NCBI GenBank assembly: GCA_039096225.1
Contig: JBBPEB010000014.1
Location: 2,294,001 to 2,358,000 of the forward strand
Length of the DNA: 64,000 bases
Reading direction: 5' to 3'
DNA from: Blastocystis sp. Blastoise
Taxonomy: Eukaryota > Protista > Bigyra: Opalinata
The notes under the pieces were generated by a model, which was given only the letters and a program-made list of their open reading frames with translations, searched no databases and was not told where the DNA came from. Made by a program: the position numbers and the translations under genes. This document shows positions 1-17,890 of this stretch, piece by piece. Positions within the stretch are counted from its first letter, which is position 1. Every line of letters begins with the position of its first letter.

Positions 1-1055
1 TCTATAATATTCAAGCTTATAGTGGGTATACTTTATAATTATAGTTTAATTGTCATCATATAATTTATTATAAATTGTTATTTTATAGTGATAAATTAGC
101 TTGGTCTACATTGAATCAAGATTCTTGGTTTAAAGTATATGTTAATAATGAACAAAAAATTTATGGACGTAATGAAAGTGGTTTTTCAACTGATTTTATT
201 TTAAATTGTATATATATATATATATTTTTTTTAAATATAAAAAGTCTCTTGTAACCAAATTTTATGTTTTATCATTTATAATAATTTATATATATATATA
301 TAGTGGATTCTTTCGTAAAAGAAACTACTTCTTGGAAATATTCTGATACTCCACAGGCAACTACAGGTTGGACAACTACTGCTGTTACTGATAGTACATG
401 GATCAGCAGTACTTCTGGAAATTTCCCTGAAATTCCTTCTGGAACAACTAGATATTATGTAACATCTATTAATAATCCTGAAATCATAGATTATTATCCT
501 ACATATGAATTTGGAGTATATACTAAAAATGGTATAATTCTTTATATTAATGGCATTGAAATTTATAGATTTAATATAAAAAGGTAAAAATTATTATTAT
601 TTATTTAATATTATTTATTATTATTATTATTTATTATTATTATTATTTATTATTATATATTTATTATTATATATTTATTATTATATATGTATTATTATAT
701 ATGTATTATTATATATGTATTATTATATATTTATTATTATATATTTATAATTATATATTTATAATTATATATTTATAATTATATATTCATTATTATTATT
801 GTTATTCTATATATATAGTTCAGGAATAGTTAGTGCTACTGATTTCGCTTTAAGTGATAGTTACGAAGAACAATATAGAATGTATGTATAAAAAATGATA
901 TATTATATAAAAATGTATATATAGTGTAAAACAGTCGTTTCTGAAGTATCATAATAATGGTCAACAACTGGTTTTAGCTGTTGAGATACATCCTATTATA
1001 AACAGTTCTTCACAAATAGACTCATTCTCTTCTTATCTCAAATTAAATTATGGAA

Positions 1056-1103
<48 letters not shown>

Positions 1104-1678
1104 TTTTTTTTACATTTATTTCATTTTTTTAAAATTTATATATATATATATAAGAATGTATACTATATATTATATTATATATAGAGAAATATATTACTTG
1201 TGCTCAAGATGGTACTATTTCAAGTAATCCTGATATTTCTGGTATTAATGGTAAAGAAAATGTATTTGATGATAATATATCTACATCATGGAGATCAACA
1301 TTTGATAATACTAATTTTATTACATATTCATTTAACAATGGAAGGTATATATATATATATACATATTATTATTATTAATTATTATTATTAATTATTATAT
1401 ATTATTATTAACATAATTTAGTATTTTATTAAAATCACATAAATATAGATCTGAATGGATTAATAGGTATTCTATTACATCTGGTAATACTATTTCTGGA
1501 AATGATCCTAAAGATTTTTCATTATTAGCTTCAAATGATGGTATTAATTGGACTATATTAGATATTGAAACAGATATTTCTTTTAGTTCAAGAAAAGAAA
1601 CAAAATATTTCGATTTATTATCAAATAACAATTCATATAATCAATTTAAATTATTAATTCGTATTTCTATAATATTAA

Positions 1679-1714
<36 letters not shown>

Positions 1715-4700
1715 AATATATATACCTTATAGAAAATATTCAGGATTCAGAAACTAATATATTAGAAATATCAGAAATCAATTTTTATGCTGTTTCAGTA
1801 GATATTTTAACTACATTTAATTATGAGAGAATAAATTATGTTTTCTTATATAATACTGATACTATTTGGATACATCCTAGTTCTTCTGGATATACTACTT
1901 ATACTTCTAATCCTGTTCTTCCTGAAGGTCTTTCTTTAAATGCTGATAGTGGTATTATAACAGGTAATAATCAAGTAATTATTCCTCTAACAACTTTTGA
2001 AATATCTGCTTTAAATATTATTACTGGTGATACAGCGACAACATCTATTACTATAAGTATTACACAATGTACTAATGAAAATGATAAGCTATTTAAGATT
2101 GAACAATATACATCTGGCTCTAATGGTATTAATGAATCATGGACTCTTTATGATGAAAATATGAATAAATTATCTACTGGACATGGAACTACGGATGGTA
2201 GTACTGTAACTACTATGATGTGTAATAATTACGGTATTTTCTTATTATTTCTTAATAGTAATATATATTATGGTTGGAATGATAAATCTTATATAAAAGT
2301 TAGTTATGTTCATAATAATGATGAAATTATTATTTTTAAAGATAGTCTTCGTGATTCAACTGAGACGAATACATTGCTTCAAGTTAATTTAGCTTTACCT
2401 TATAGTTCAAGTGATTCTATAAGTAAATTAGATGGTATAATTCCTGAAAATTGGTATTCTACTTCTTATATTCCAGATAATGCAGAATGGAATACAAATC
2501 TCTCAATAAATCCTAGACCTGAAACATCTTCAAGATTATGGTTAACTAGAAGTACTGTAACAATATCAAATCTTATCCTTTTTAAGGATATAGAAATATA
2601 TTTAAATATTCCAGGTGGTTCTATAGTCTATTGGAATGGCGAAGAAATATATAGAGATAGATTACCTAGTGGAGATATTAATATAAATTCTGATGCAAGC
2701 AAAGCTTCTTTAACTTATGAAACAAGATGTATTACTATTTCTAAGAGTCTTGCTACTAGTAATAATGTATTAGCTATTCTAATTCTTCTTCCTGAAGATA
2801 CAGTATTTCCTGTAAAATTTGATATTGATTATTCTTGTATATTAATAAAAAAAATTACCTCTAATTCAAGAAACTGGAATATTATAGCAAATACTTCACA
2901 TAATGATATTTTTATTATGGCTTCTAATTTAATAGATGGTAGTTATAAATCTATTTGGTCTTCAACATATACTGATGTTACTGAAGCTACTGATTGGGTT
3001 CTTCTTAAATATAAGAATCATGGTTCTGAATTTGTTGATTATTATTGTATTGTTAACAATTATAATACTATTATAAGTGATCCTATTGCATGGACTTTTT
3101 CGGGTTGTGATTTAAATGGTGAGAATTGTGTTATTCTTGATACTGTATCAAATATATATTGGGAATCTAGATCAAATCGTCGTTGTTTTTATACTACTAA
3201 TCATAAAGAATCGTATTTTTCATATAAAATAGAATTTTCTAAACCTTTTGGAGTAGATTCTTCTGTTAAATATGCTATTGCAGAAATAGAATTAGAATCT
3301 ACAAGTTCAAATATGATGATGCTTAATCTTAAGTATTCTTCCACTCGATTAGAAGGAACTAGAGGAATATTTTTATCTATTTCAGCATCTAGTACATATT
3401 TTAGAAATTTCTTCATTAAATCTGGATATTCTTTACCTGCTGGTTTATATATTGATAGTGCTAATGGTTTAATCTATGGTACTCCTACTGAAATTACAAA
3501 TGGAGACGTAACTGTTATGATTTGTGCATATGATGTGAGTGATGACTTATATTCTACTTCTCTTACTATATCTATTACTGATTGTTCTTATCCAAATTAC
3601 ATTTTTAATGTTGAAATTAATAATAAAGAAAATATGAATGGCTATCAACTTGGATATGAATTATTAGAATCTGATGGCTTACAAGTTATAGATAGTCAAA
3701 GTGATTTCCCTGATAATAGTATTGTAACTTATTCTTATTGTAAACCTCTTGATAACTATTATTTGAAACTAACTGATACTGCTAATAATGGTTGGGGTAA
3801 TTCATATATTAAAGTATATTTAGAAGATCATACAGTTATTTCTGAACATACATTAGTACGTTATCAATCTCCTTTTACATATTTAATAAATGCTAATATA
3901 CTTACAGCAACAATATTTGATAATTGGTCATTTTTAAATAGTAATTCAGTTGAATCTCCTATTGATAATTCTTGGACATCTATAGATTATGTTGTTCCAA
4001 CAGAATGGTCTACTGGTAATAAAGATACATTTGGTTCTCCTCAAGGAATTACTCAATATTATAGAAATACTTTTACTATTAATGATTTAACTGCACAAGC
4101 CATTATTCAATATTCTATTTACTTAGATGGCGGTTGTGTTATATATCTTAATGGTAAAGAAATTAATAGAATTTTTATGCCTACTGGAACTATAACTTCT
4201 ACAACATTATCTATAGCTGATAGAGATGGTTATATTACAGGAGGTACTTTATCAACACAATTCCATACAGATTTTTTAAATGGTAAAAATGTATTTGCTA
4301 TTGAAATTCATCATCGTGATTCAATTCCTACTGATAATGTATTTAGCTTTGTTTGTTCTATACTTCCTGATCATAATTATAGAGTTTTTGATGGTTCTAT
4401 TCGTGATTCTTCTCCTGATGATATTGATTATCAACTTGCAAAAATGGCTTTTGATCAGAATATTAATAGTAAATGGTCTTTCCCTGGTGTATGTTTACAA
4501 AATTGGATTTCATATACTTATAATGATTATAGAAGAGAATATATAGATTCTTATAGTATAACTAATGCTGATAATTGTAATAATATGAGTCCTTCTGGAT
4601 GGATTTTTGAAGGTTCTAATGATGATGGTTTTACATGGGAAACTATTGATATAAAAATGAATCAATTATTTAAATCCTATTCACAAACAATAACTTATGA

Positions 4701-6596
4701 TGTAATTGCCTCAAAACCTTATAATATGCATCGATTACTTTTTCTTGAATGTAATAATCAACCACTTTTTGATAGTGATACTTGTAGTAGAACTCAAATA
4801 GCTGAAGTTAGTTTTTATGCAAATAAGCTTGATGGTTTATGTTATACTGAAGAAAGTAGCGATCCAATTCCAAATGGTCAATATATTGATCAATTATGTC
4901 CTACATATTATGTGGGTTCAAGTAGAAAAGTATGTAATAATGGTATTTTTGAAGATGATAATAGTGATTGTATTATTGCTCCTGTTACAGTATTTTTTTA
5001 TGAATATGATCTTAACAGTATTGAGATTAATTCTCCTTTTTCTATACAACCTATTGTTGATAGTATATTAATAACATATACTATTACTCCTTCTCTTCCA
5101 AATGGTCTTTCTTTAGATCCTAATACTGGTATTATTTCTGGAACTCCTACTACTCTCTCTAAATCTACACGATATACTATTACTGCTACTAATACAGAAT
5201 CTATGTCAACATCAGTTACAATTGAAGTACATGAAGCTTCTTGTCCAGAAGAAGAAAATTGGCCAAGAACTAAACAAAATACTACAATTAGTATAGTTTG
5301 TCCTGCTGGGTTTGGAGCTCAAGCTACACGTTATTGTAATGAACAAAATATTTGGGAAAATATAAAAGGTGATCCAACATGTACTAGTGTTGTTTGTGAA
5401 GAAGAAATTATTGATAATATAATTTATTCTACTACATCTTTAACATTTCATAATATGCCTACATGTACTAGTGATACTATGTTTGGTTATTATTCACGAT
5501 ATTGTAAAGATACTGGAATGTATTCACCTTCTTGGGATAATACAGATAAACAAATGTGTTGTATATATTTATATTCTATATATATTAATAATATTTATTA
5601 TATTCATAATTATCTATAAAATATAAATATATTAATATAGTTCATAAACAAGAAGCTTTAAATGGTCATACACGTGTTGAAATGAATATTCATTTATTAA
5701 ATGCTACAAATGTTGACGATTCATTTGAATTATGTTATGATGGTGCACGTACTATTCTTTATGCATTCCCCTATATGTTATCTAGTTTAATAATTGCTAC
5801 AAATATCAAACAAGTCTCTCCTGTATATTATTATTTATTTATAATTAATAATTTATTATAAATAATTTATTATTATATATATTATATATAGTTAATCCCT
5901 ACTAGTCAATATGATATTTATTTTAGTTCAAATCAAGATAATTATGTATCCATTATTAAAGATTATATTGATACTAATAAGAATAAAATATTTGATATAA
6001 TAAGAGGAAACTCAAATATTATTTTACCTCCTACTACTATTTTTGATCATGTTGATGTAAAAGCTGATGAACTAAATGATATTATATGTCCTACTAATGA
6101 TGCTATTACAACTTCTTTGAAATTATATGATTATTCTCCTAGTATGTGTAATGATCCTCAAACAAAATCTTATGCTTTATATCAATGTAGACAAAATAAT
6201 TTTGAAGCAAGTAATATATTAATTAATTATATGAGATGTCCTCCTCCTCAAGATATGTATATTTCTTATAATCTTATACTTGAAGGTGTTCCAACTACAA
6301 AATTAAGTACTTCTAGTTTTATATCAATATATAGAGCTATTCTTCAATCAACTAATGTTATTATTAAGAGTATTTATTTAACTAGATATGATAATACAAA
6401 TGATAATAATGATTCTTTACTTTCATTTGTTATTCAAACTGTTAGTTCTAATATGAGTAATGATGCAAATACCATGAAAAATCTTGATGAAACTCAAATC
6501 TCAAAATTCTTAAAAACTATATCTCTTTCTGCTAAATCTATTACAATTGAAACAAATATTATAAATGGATCTCGAAGAAGACTTAGAGGACTCTAA
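1..6596 (+). CDS. Gene A: large multi-exon secreted/surface protein (galactose-binding-like + F5/8 type C-like + He_PIG + Cys-rich modules); 5' end is outside the window
   Basis: GT-AG exons join in frame at about 89-207, 304-582, 819-881, 925-1055, 1184-1345, 1450-1660, 1732-5559, 5641-5822 and 5892-6596. Motifs: LPxGLSLxxxTGIISGTPT (He_PIG), ITSGN...DPxxF/W...SNDGxxW (discoidin-like), YxNGxEIxR. Ends GSRRRLRGL-TAA. Confidence 0.85.
590..800. repeat. Degenerate AT minisatellite (~14-15-bp units, ttattattatatat) in an intron of gene A
   Basis: Tandem units visible directly in the sequence. Confidence 0.8.
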
Positions 6597-7339
6597 ATAT
6601 TATTATTATTTCTTTTTGAATAATCATTTTTTTTTTATTATTTTATATATTATTATATATGTTTTTATATTATTAAATAAAATTAACTAAAAGTTAATTA
6701 GCTATTATTATATTATTATTAATTTATATTTTAATATTATTATTAATTTATATTTTCTTGTATTACTATATTATTTATAAGTATATATTTATATTTGTAT
6801 TATTAGCATTTAAAATAAATTAAACTGCTTTTCTTATATTATTATATTTTAAAGTATGCATATATATTTTTATTATTAACTATTATTATATTCTATGCTT
6901 TTTTAAAATTATTATATATTTTAAAGTCATTCTATATGTGTAAATATATAGATATAAATACTGATATTAAAAGAAATTATTGTTTTTTGTTATGATTCTA
7001 TAAGTTTTATAGTATTTTAGAAATAGTCTGTTGAAGAATGTAAAAAATATTTTTAGTTTTCTCCTAATGATATCAAAATTATAATTCGTATTTTGAATAA
7101 GTTTTTGTATTACTATTACAAACCGTTTGACAATAATTATAGATATTATGTGCTGTATGCAAATGTTTATAAATAATGAATATGATTAATGATATATATA
7201 TATATATATATATATATGATAATTTACTTGACAAAAAGAGATACATTCAGTCTCTTCCCTGAGTTTCTTTTGCTGTAGCAATTGTCACAAAAAATGTGAC
7301 ATTTTTATTTTTTTTTGATATAGTAAAAATGTTTGATAT

Positions 7340-9480
7340 CTACAATTCACTCGTTTTTGTCAAAATTATGACTCGTTTTTGGTGATTTTTATTTTCATTA
7401 TTTCACGACAACACATGGTTATATAATGCTAATTCTATTATACTTACATTCTATAGAGTTTATAGCTCTTATTACATATAAATATGACGAAGAAAATCTT
7501 TGATGTCATGTGTTGAATTCTTAATGTTATAATTATTATTGTTTATAAAATATTTTTCGTGCTTAAAACAATAAATTAAATAATAAAAACTAGAAATCTG
7601 AAACATAGATTAATTTAAAAAGAATGACAACTCATAATGTTGTTAAAATTGGCAGTTTCTTGTATATTAGAGTTAACAGACAATACAGATTGATGCTTAA
7701 GGGATGTTATTTATAGAAAAGAAAGAGTTTTGATAATGTTTTTTACTACATGATTTCATTGAGCTTTGTTCCGTTTTAGAGATTTGTTTCCCTTTGTATA
7801 TCTTAATAGTTCAAGCGTGTATTGTATATAATAATGGCTTTTAAAATGAATGATAAAATCAAATATACAAAGAAAAAAAGACATAAAGAATTTTTATTGA
7901 AAAATCTAGTTTGTCATGTAGTATATGGTCAAAATGAGAAGTTGACTATAAATAAATAGCTATATCTTATTAGAAGAGTAGTCTAATTGATTTTTATGAC
8001 ATTAAAAGTGTAAAATATCTATTTAAGAAAAATTTGATATATAACTTATAAAGGTATATATATAATAGTATATATATATACAAAAATAGTTTTTTGAAAA
8101 ATATATTTATATAGATGTATGTTAATTTTTAACTTCTGAACTATATTAAACAATAAAGATTAATTAATTATACTTTTTCTCTCTTATAAAAGAAATAATT
8201 GGTCAGTATAGGTAAAAAACTTAATGTCACAATTTTATACTTTTTATGCAAAAAGGAAAACAATTATTTCCATTATTTAAATAAAATCAAGTTAATAGTA
8301 TTTCTAAAGATATTTATATATATATTAAACGTGAAATTAATTATAAAAAGAAGCTGCTATTTAAAATAATGCTAACTATAGCAAAAAAATATTTTACACA
8401 TTTATTACTGAAAATACGAATTTGTTTTTCTTCTTTTTTTTAATTTTCATTTTAATATTTATATATTTTATATATTTATGCTTTAAATTTAACAAATACA
8501 TATTTTCATATATAAAAACTCTTGTTATGTTATTTACTCTATTGAAATAATAGTTTTTTATAAAAAAATTAATATACTTTTTATAACTCACTTATTTTAT
8601 TTGTCACTATTTTATTTATATATAAAAAGTAGTACTGTTAATATAGTTTATAGATATTAATAGAGAATAAACAAAATATAATATGAAAAAGCAAAAATTA
8701 AAAATATTTTCTACTTGTATACTAATCTACATTTTATATATAGAGCATTTTTTGGGTATTTCTTTTTTAAATAAACTTTCGCCACTAACACAGAATATAG
8801 AGTTAAATATATATTCATATGTCTTTCATAAGTAGTTTATGAGCATACGAATGCTTTTAAGCCATAAAAAAACAAAATCTATAGTAGAATTATATTATAA
8901 TATTTCAATGTAAATATTTGTAGTAATTTCTTTATTAGAGTCTGTACATGATATAATATTTGTAGAGCATCTATTCTTGTTTAATTCATGATTAATAAAG
9001 CATAATGAGTAAAATGATTTATATATTTTGAATTCAGAATGCTTTTAGACACAAATTTAGTGCTAATTCTTGTTTGTAATACTGTTTCATTTTTTAAAGA
9101 AAAGACTTTATTTACATATATAGACAAATATCATAACAGAAACAGCAAATTAAATAAGCTAGATATGTAAAATATGCCACAAGCTACAACAATTGCCATA
9201 AATATTTTGTTAAACAAGTTTAAAAGATATTTTCAACTATTCAGCTTATAATTTTATAACGAAAACAAAAGAATTGAAATATATATTTATAGTTAATTGC
9301 ATCTGCTTCACAAACATTATGTTTTATTAACAACAAAAATAGTAAATATCTCTTATATAGTGGCCTTAAAAATAGAAATGATATATATTTTTAGAAAAAA
9401 CTTTCTTCATTAGAAGATATATGCAAAATAAAAATCACCAAAAACGAGTCATAATTTTGACAAAAACGAGTGAATTGTAG
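7340..9480. mobile_element. Non-autonomous DNA transposon-like element, ~2.14 kb, with long perfect TIRs
   Basis: 7336-7395 is the exact reverse complement of 9425-9484 (60 bp including a palindromic ATAT on each side, a possible 4-bp TSD). Each TIR has two ACTCGTTTTTG copies. No credible ORF. Absent from the homologous site near 54440-54460. Confidence 0.85.
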
Positions 9481-9608
9481 ATATTCAACACTATTAAGTC
9501 TGATATAAAATATCTATCCATGACAGTCAACAAGTATCACAAAATATTAGGAAGGCACTGAAATGATGATAATTTCACTATGGACATTTTGTGTTTTTTT
9601 GACCCTAT

Positions 9609-10105
9609 TTCCCGTAAGAGAAACAACAAAATGACTGGGATTTTTTAATCAAAAATACGTTGGCCTAAACTCGAGAAAAGAGTGTCCGCCAACTTGTCAA
9701 GTTTCTCTCTTTTTGACGAGAAAAACTTAAAAATAACTCTACAAAATATATTGTTTATTTATATAATCATAGACATTCTAAATATTGACTATTTTACAGT
9801 GTTTTATGATTTAAAATGACTGTTTAAAACCAAAAAGACTTTAATTTTTTTCTCTGAAGTCTATAATTCAGGAATGGATTACATGAGTGAGAAGTTTTTA
9901 AAATTTGTGTATTCTCTGAGTGATATATTATCATTTCAATCATTCTCGTCAAGTCCTTTTACAATATAAACCATTATACAGCCTAAATCAACACACACCT
10001 AAAAATTTCTTCTTTTTGATTTCCCAAGGAAAAAACAATAAAATGACTTGACTTTTTTATTCATAATTTTTTAGCCTAAAGACGACAGCATTCTTTTAGC
10101 CAACT
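9609..10105. repeat. Left subterminal imperfect direct repeats of the CACTA element
   Basis: 9609-9694 resembles 10021-10105 (ttccc...aaacaa.aaaatgact...gcctaaa...gccaact). AAAATGACT occurs at 9628, 9813 and 10040. Confidence 0.65.
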
Positions 10106-10799
10106 ACCCTAGAAAGTCAAAACAATTAAAAATTCAAAAAAGAAAAGTAAAACAGAAGCTCTTGTTTTTGTTTATTGATTATCGTCAATAAACCTGTTTT
10201 TAAAAATATGACTTTAGAATATCATTCAGGACTTGATTTATAGTTCAGGGTATCGTTTTAAGGTTTAAAATAGCTTTTTTAAGAGAATTCATAATTATGT
10301 CCTAAACCAAGAGGAGTTGTGCGTTTTTATCATCTCTGTTGTTAGACATACTTATACACAACATACTCAGCTTACAAAATTGTTTTTCTTGCTTGTTGTG
10401 ATTTTCACTCATTTTTGAATATTTGATTTTTAGTTTCAAAAGTGGTATAAAGTGTCTATACATGCCTGTAAGAATCGATTTTAATACTATAAAGTCAAAA
10501 ATATTAAAAAAAAGTGACAGCGAAAAAAGGAGGGAAAATATACTTTTTTGAATTTCTTGATATTCCCGCAAAAATGATTTTTCTTTTAAGACCTGAAGAC
10601 ACCCATACGCTATTGAGCCTATTGACTTAGAAAATATTTCATTTGTTACATATTTTTTTTATTTTTATTCTATTTTTATTTGCCTTTATTTTTAAAAATA
10701 GAAGCTCATTTTAACTTCAGACTGTTCCCTTGTATGTATATTGCTATTTTTTATTCTTTACCCATATTAACATTCTCCCATTCTCTCTAGCATGTATAG

Positions 10800-11155
10800 G
10801 TTCCTGCTCGTCCGTGGTTATAAGAGTCCTCTTCAGTCCATGTCAACAACGTCTATGATGTCAAACTGTTTTCAAAGTATATATGTATTTATTTATTTTT
10901 ATAATTATCTCTTATCTTTTTATTTTTTATATTGCTGTAATATTATATGATAAAATACTTATCGTATATTCATTCTATCTATTATTAACTTTCTTTTTTT
11001 TTCTTGAATTAGAATTCTAATTCATTTTATTATTTATTTTCATTATTTTTATATTTTTATTTATTATTATTTATTTATTTAGGTTGTTTTCTACTGTTTC
11101 TGTTGGTTATCTTTCCCTATGACTCAACATCACCAAATTCATTTTTTTCTATTAG
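10800..11155 (+). ncRNA. Putative spliced non-coding exons inside the CACTA element (cluster 1)
   Basis: GC-richer blocks 10800-10876 and 11083-11155 are bounded by TAG acceptors and GTAT donors, separated by an AT-rich intron. No convincing ORF. Confidence 0.45.
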
Positions 11156-11161
11156 GTATGT

Positions 11162-15050
<3,889 letters not shown>

Positions 15051-15268
15051 TATATTTATATTTTTTTTTCTCTATATTATTATTTTAATTCTTTTTTATT
15101 AATTTCATTAATTATCCCTATCTCATTAACTTTATATTTTTCTCTATTTATTCTCTTTTCATTTTTCCCTCCTATATTTAGCATCGTTTTCTCTTATACA
15201 TATATTTTTTTTCATACTTATTTTCGTATTATTATATATCCCTTTATATTACTTTTCCTCTATATTAT

Positions 15269-15337
15269 CCTTAAGCTTAAATTGGTAAGTTTCAATCAAT
15301 TTATGATTGAAAACAGGTTCAATTCCTGTCTTAAGGT
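15269..15337 (+). tRNA. tRNA-like structure or tRNA pseudogene; anticodon not assignable
   Basis: 7-bp acceptor stem CCTTAAG/CTTAAGG. D-like arm CTT-AAATTGGT-AAG. Extended stem TTTCAATC/GATTGAAA with loop AATTTAT. Canonical T arm ACAGG-TTCAATT-CCTGT containing a B-box. Lacks the position 8-9 linker and U33. Confidence 0.6.
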
Positions 15338-17244
15338 CGTTTATATAACTATTTTATGTATATATAGGTTTTAATATTCATATTGTATAAGATTTTCAAA
15401 AAATATATATTCAGAGAGGTGAAGATCAATTATGTTAATTACTATTTTTTTCTTTATATGTGTATTTATTTAATCATTAAATGTATTAGTTGTATATAGA
15501 TGATTCATAGAAACATTCAAAACAGTTTATTCAATACAAAAATATTCCAACAATTATCAATTACTTAATTAAGTGTATTGTCGAACACAGAATCTTCTCA
15601 AAAGATTGTTCAGGAGATTTTATAATGTTTATACGTAAAATATTAGTTTAGTTCCAAAAAATAATTCTCATTTTCAAAAATAGATTATCAAAAGATTCTG
15701 TGCAATTTTTTTTTCATATGATCAGTGTATCCTTGTACAGTAGAAAAAAATCATTTAAATACATTTTTGACTTGATAAACAATAAATTAAGAATTTATTC
15801 TTGTTAAAAAACAAAATATTTTGAAAATAATACTAAAATCATACAGATGACTAATGAAACTATTCATTCATTTACTCTTAACATGATTTAAGACAAGTCA
15901 TAAAAATGGAGATTCTTTATATTTTATAATTTTTGATTAATTGATATCACTGTCATGTTTAAACTTCATTTAGACACTAAATATGCAATATGAGACGTTT
16001 CTGTTATTATTGAAAATAAAATATATATTTGAAATAATTTTAGTTTCACTAAAAATCACTGAAGATGATTAAACACGGTAAGTAGACAATGAATAAATCA
16101 TGAATATAACGATTAATGAGATTAAACATTTTTTTGATAAAAAAGTGATTTTTGCATTTGTTTTATAGTAAACTATCAACACGATTCTGACTTTTCAATT
16201 AAAAATATACAAAATATTATTTTTGCTTATTCATATGCATATTTGATAGCTATGAGTCCTTAGTTGATAGAAAAAGTTGTTCTTGAGTAATTATAAAATA
16301 ATAATTTGATTTGTTTTTGATATTATTGTAACAATAAACATTATTTTAACTGGAAAACACTCACTCTATACGTTTTGAGTTTATGAAGAGGTTTTAAAAG
16401 ACTTTTACTTGATTACAATTGTTGACTTAATTGACTTTAAAATGTTTTTTGTTTCTTTTCAGTCATATTATGATATTAAAATAATTGAAAATCTACACAA
16501 ATAGATTAAAAAGTTGATATTTCATAACAATTTTGACTCTAGACCTTTTTTATCATCTTTCTCTTTATTTAATCATTTTATTGAAAGTATGTGACTCAAA
16601 TTAATACTCTAAATGAAGATTCAGACAATCATTCTGAATTATATGAATCACTTTTGTTTTGGGATTAGAAGTCTCAGGGTCTTCTCTATAAGTCTGTATT
16701 ATAGCCTAGGTTTATTTAAAAAATAAGTTATACTTACAAAGTGATACTAAGAATAATTTTGATAATTAACTATAAAAATGACTCTTCTGTCGTCTAAACT
16801 AATTATAAAACATTATAATGATAAATAAATATATAATTCTTTAAAATAAAACATTTTTTATAGTATTAATAATAATTAGGATAAATTGAAAATAACAATA
16901 ACAATATCCATTTTCCTCATAGAAATAAAATTTCTCTTTCTCTTTTATTCTTAACCATTCATTTTATTTATGATGAAGATTCTCTATATTTAGTAGATAT
17001 GAGATTATTCATGTTTATTTTCATTATTTCAGCTATATCTTCTAAATTCCTATTACACCCTTTTATAACAAAACAAAATCCTACATGACTTATCACATAT
17101 TTATTTTATTATATCTTATATCATTATAATGATGTATTATTAAATTATTACTTTATTTCATATCATATGATACTATTATGATGGTAGGTGTTTGCTGTTT
17201 CTTTATATTTTATTTTTTCTACTCTATTCATTCATTTTCTATAG

Positions 17245-17890
17245 TAGCTGTCTCTGCTTCTTGCTGTGGCTATTCCTGGTCTCCTTAAGTGTTCTGCTCC
17301 TTCTTGTGTGTGGTTATGGTTCTCTTATAGGTATATATATATATATTTCTTTTTCTAATTATTTTTATAGTTATGCTGCTTGGGTCTAGAATGAAGGGAA
17401 TCAACATGAATAAAAGGTACATATATATCTATATTATCTATTACATATTATATAACTAACCCCACTTTATATTTATATAGGAGTAATGTATATATTTATA
17501 TTTTATTATTCTATATTATTTTATTATATCATATATTATTATATTCTACAACTCACTCTATCTTTATATAGGTTTCCATAAGTTCTGTTGCTGTCGTTGT
17601 TGGCCAATTGGAGAATGGTTTATAAAAAGTATATATATATATTTAATTATATTGTTTTATTCATTATACTATTTATCATATATCTTTTATAGGATGGTTC
17701 TTTGTCTTTGATTCCTTGCCTGTCTTGTAATGATTAGAAAAGGTATATATTTTTTATTTTATTATTATTTTAAAATGTTATATATATATTATTATTAGTA
17801 ATACTTAACTAATATCATCTCTTTATATAGGTTGGTTAGGCTTAAATGCAAATTAAAGACTGAAACTGTCCTGGTTGAAATATTATAAAT
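17245..17890 (+). ncRNA. Putative multi-exon spliced lncRNA, micropeptide gene or pseudogene inside the CACTA element (cluster 2)
   Basis: Exons 17245/8-17330, 17371-17416, 17481-17487, 17572-17628, 17693-17742 and 17831 onward, all with clean AG/GT borders. Branch-like ACTAAC at ~17455-17460. Exon 17693-17742 has stops in all three frames. Confidence 0.6.

Noticed and set aside
10302-10571. 89-aa ORF as a possible transposase remnant
   Set aside because: No recognisable CMC transposase motifs and a non-ATG start.
17572-17890. Stop-codon reassignment to extend the cluster 2 ORF through TAA/TAG
   Set aside because: All well-supported genes end in TAA and their long exons contain no in-frame TAA/TAG.
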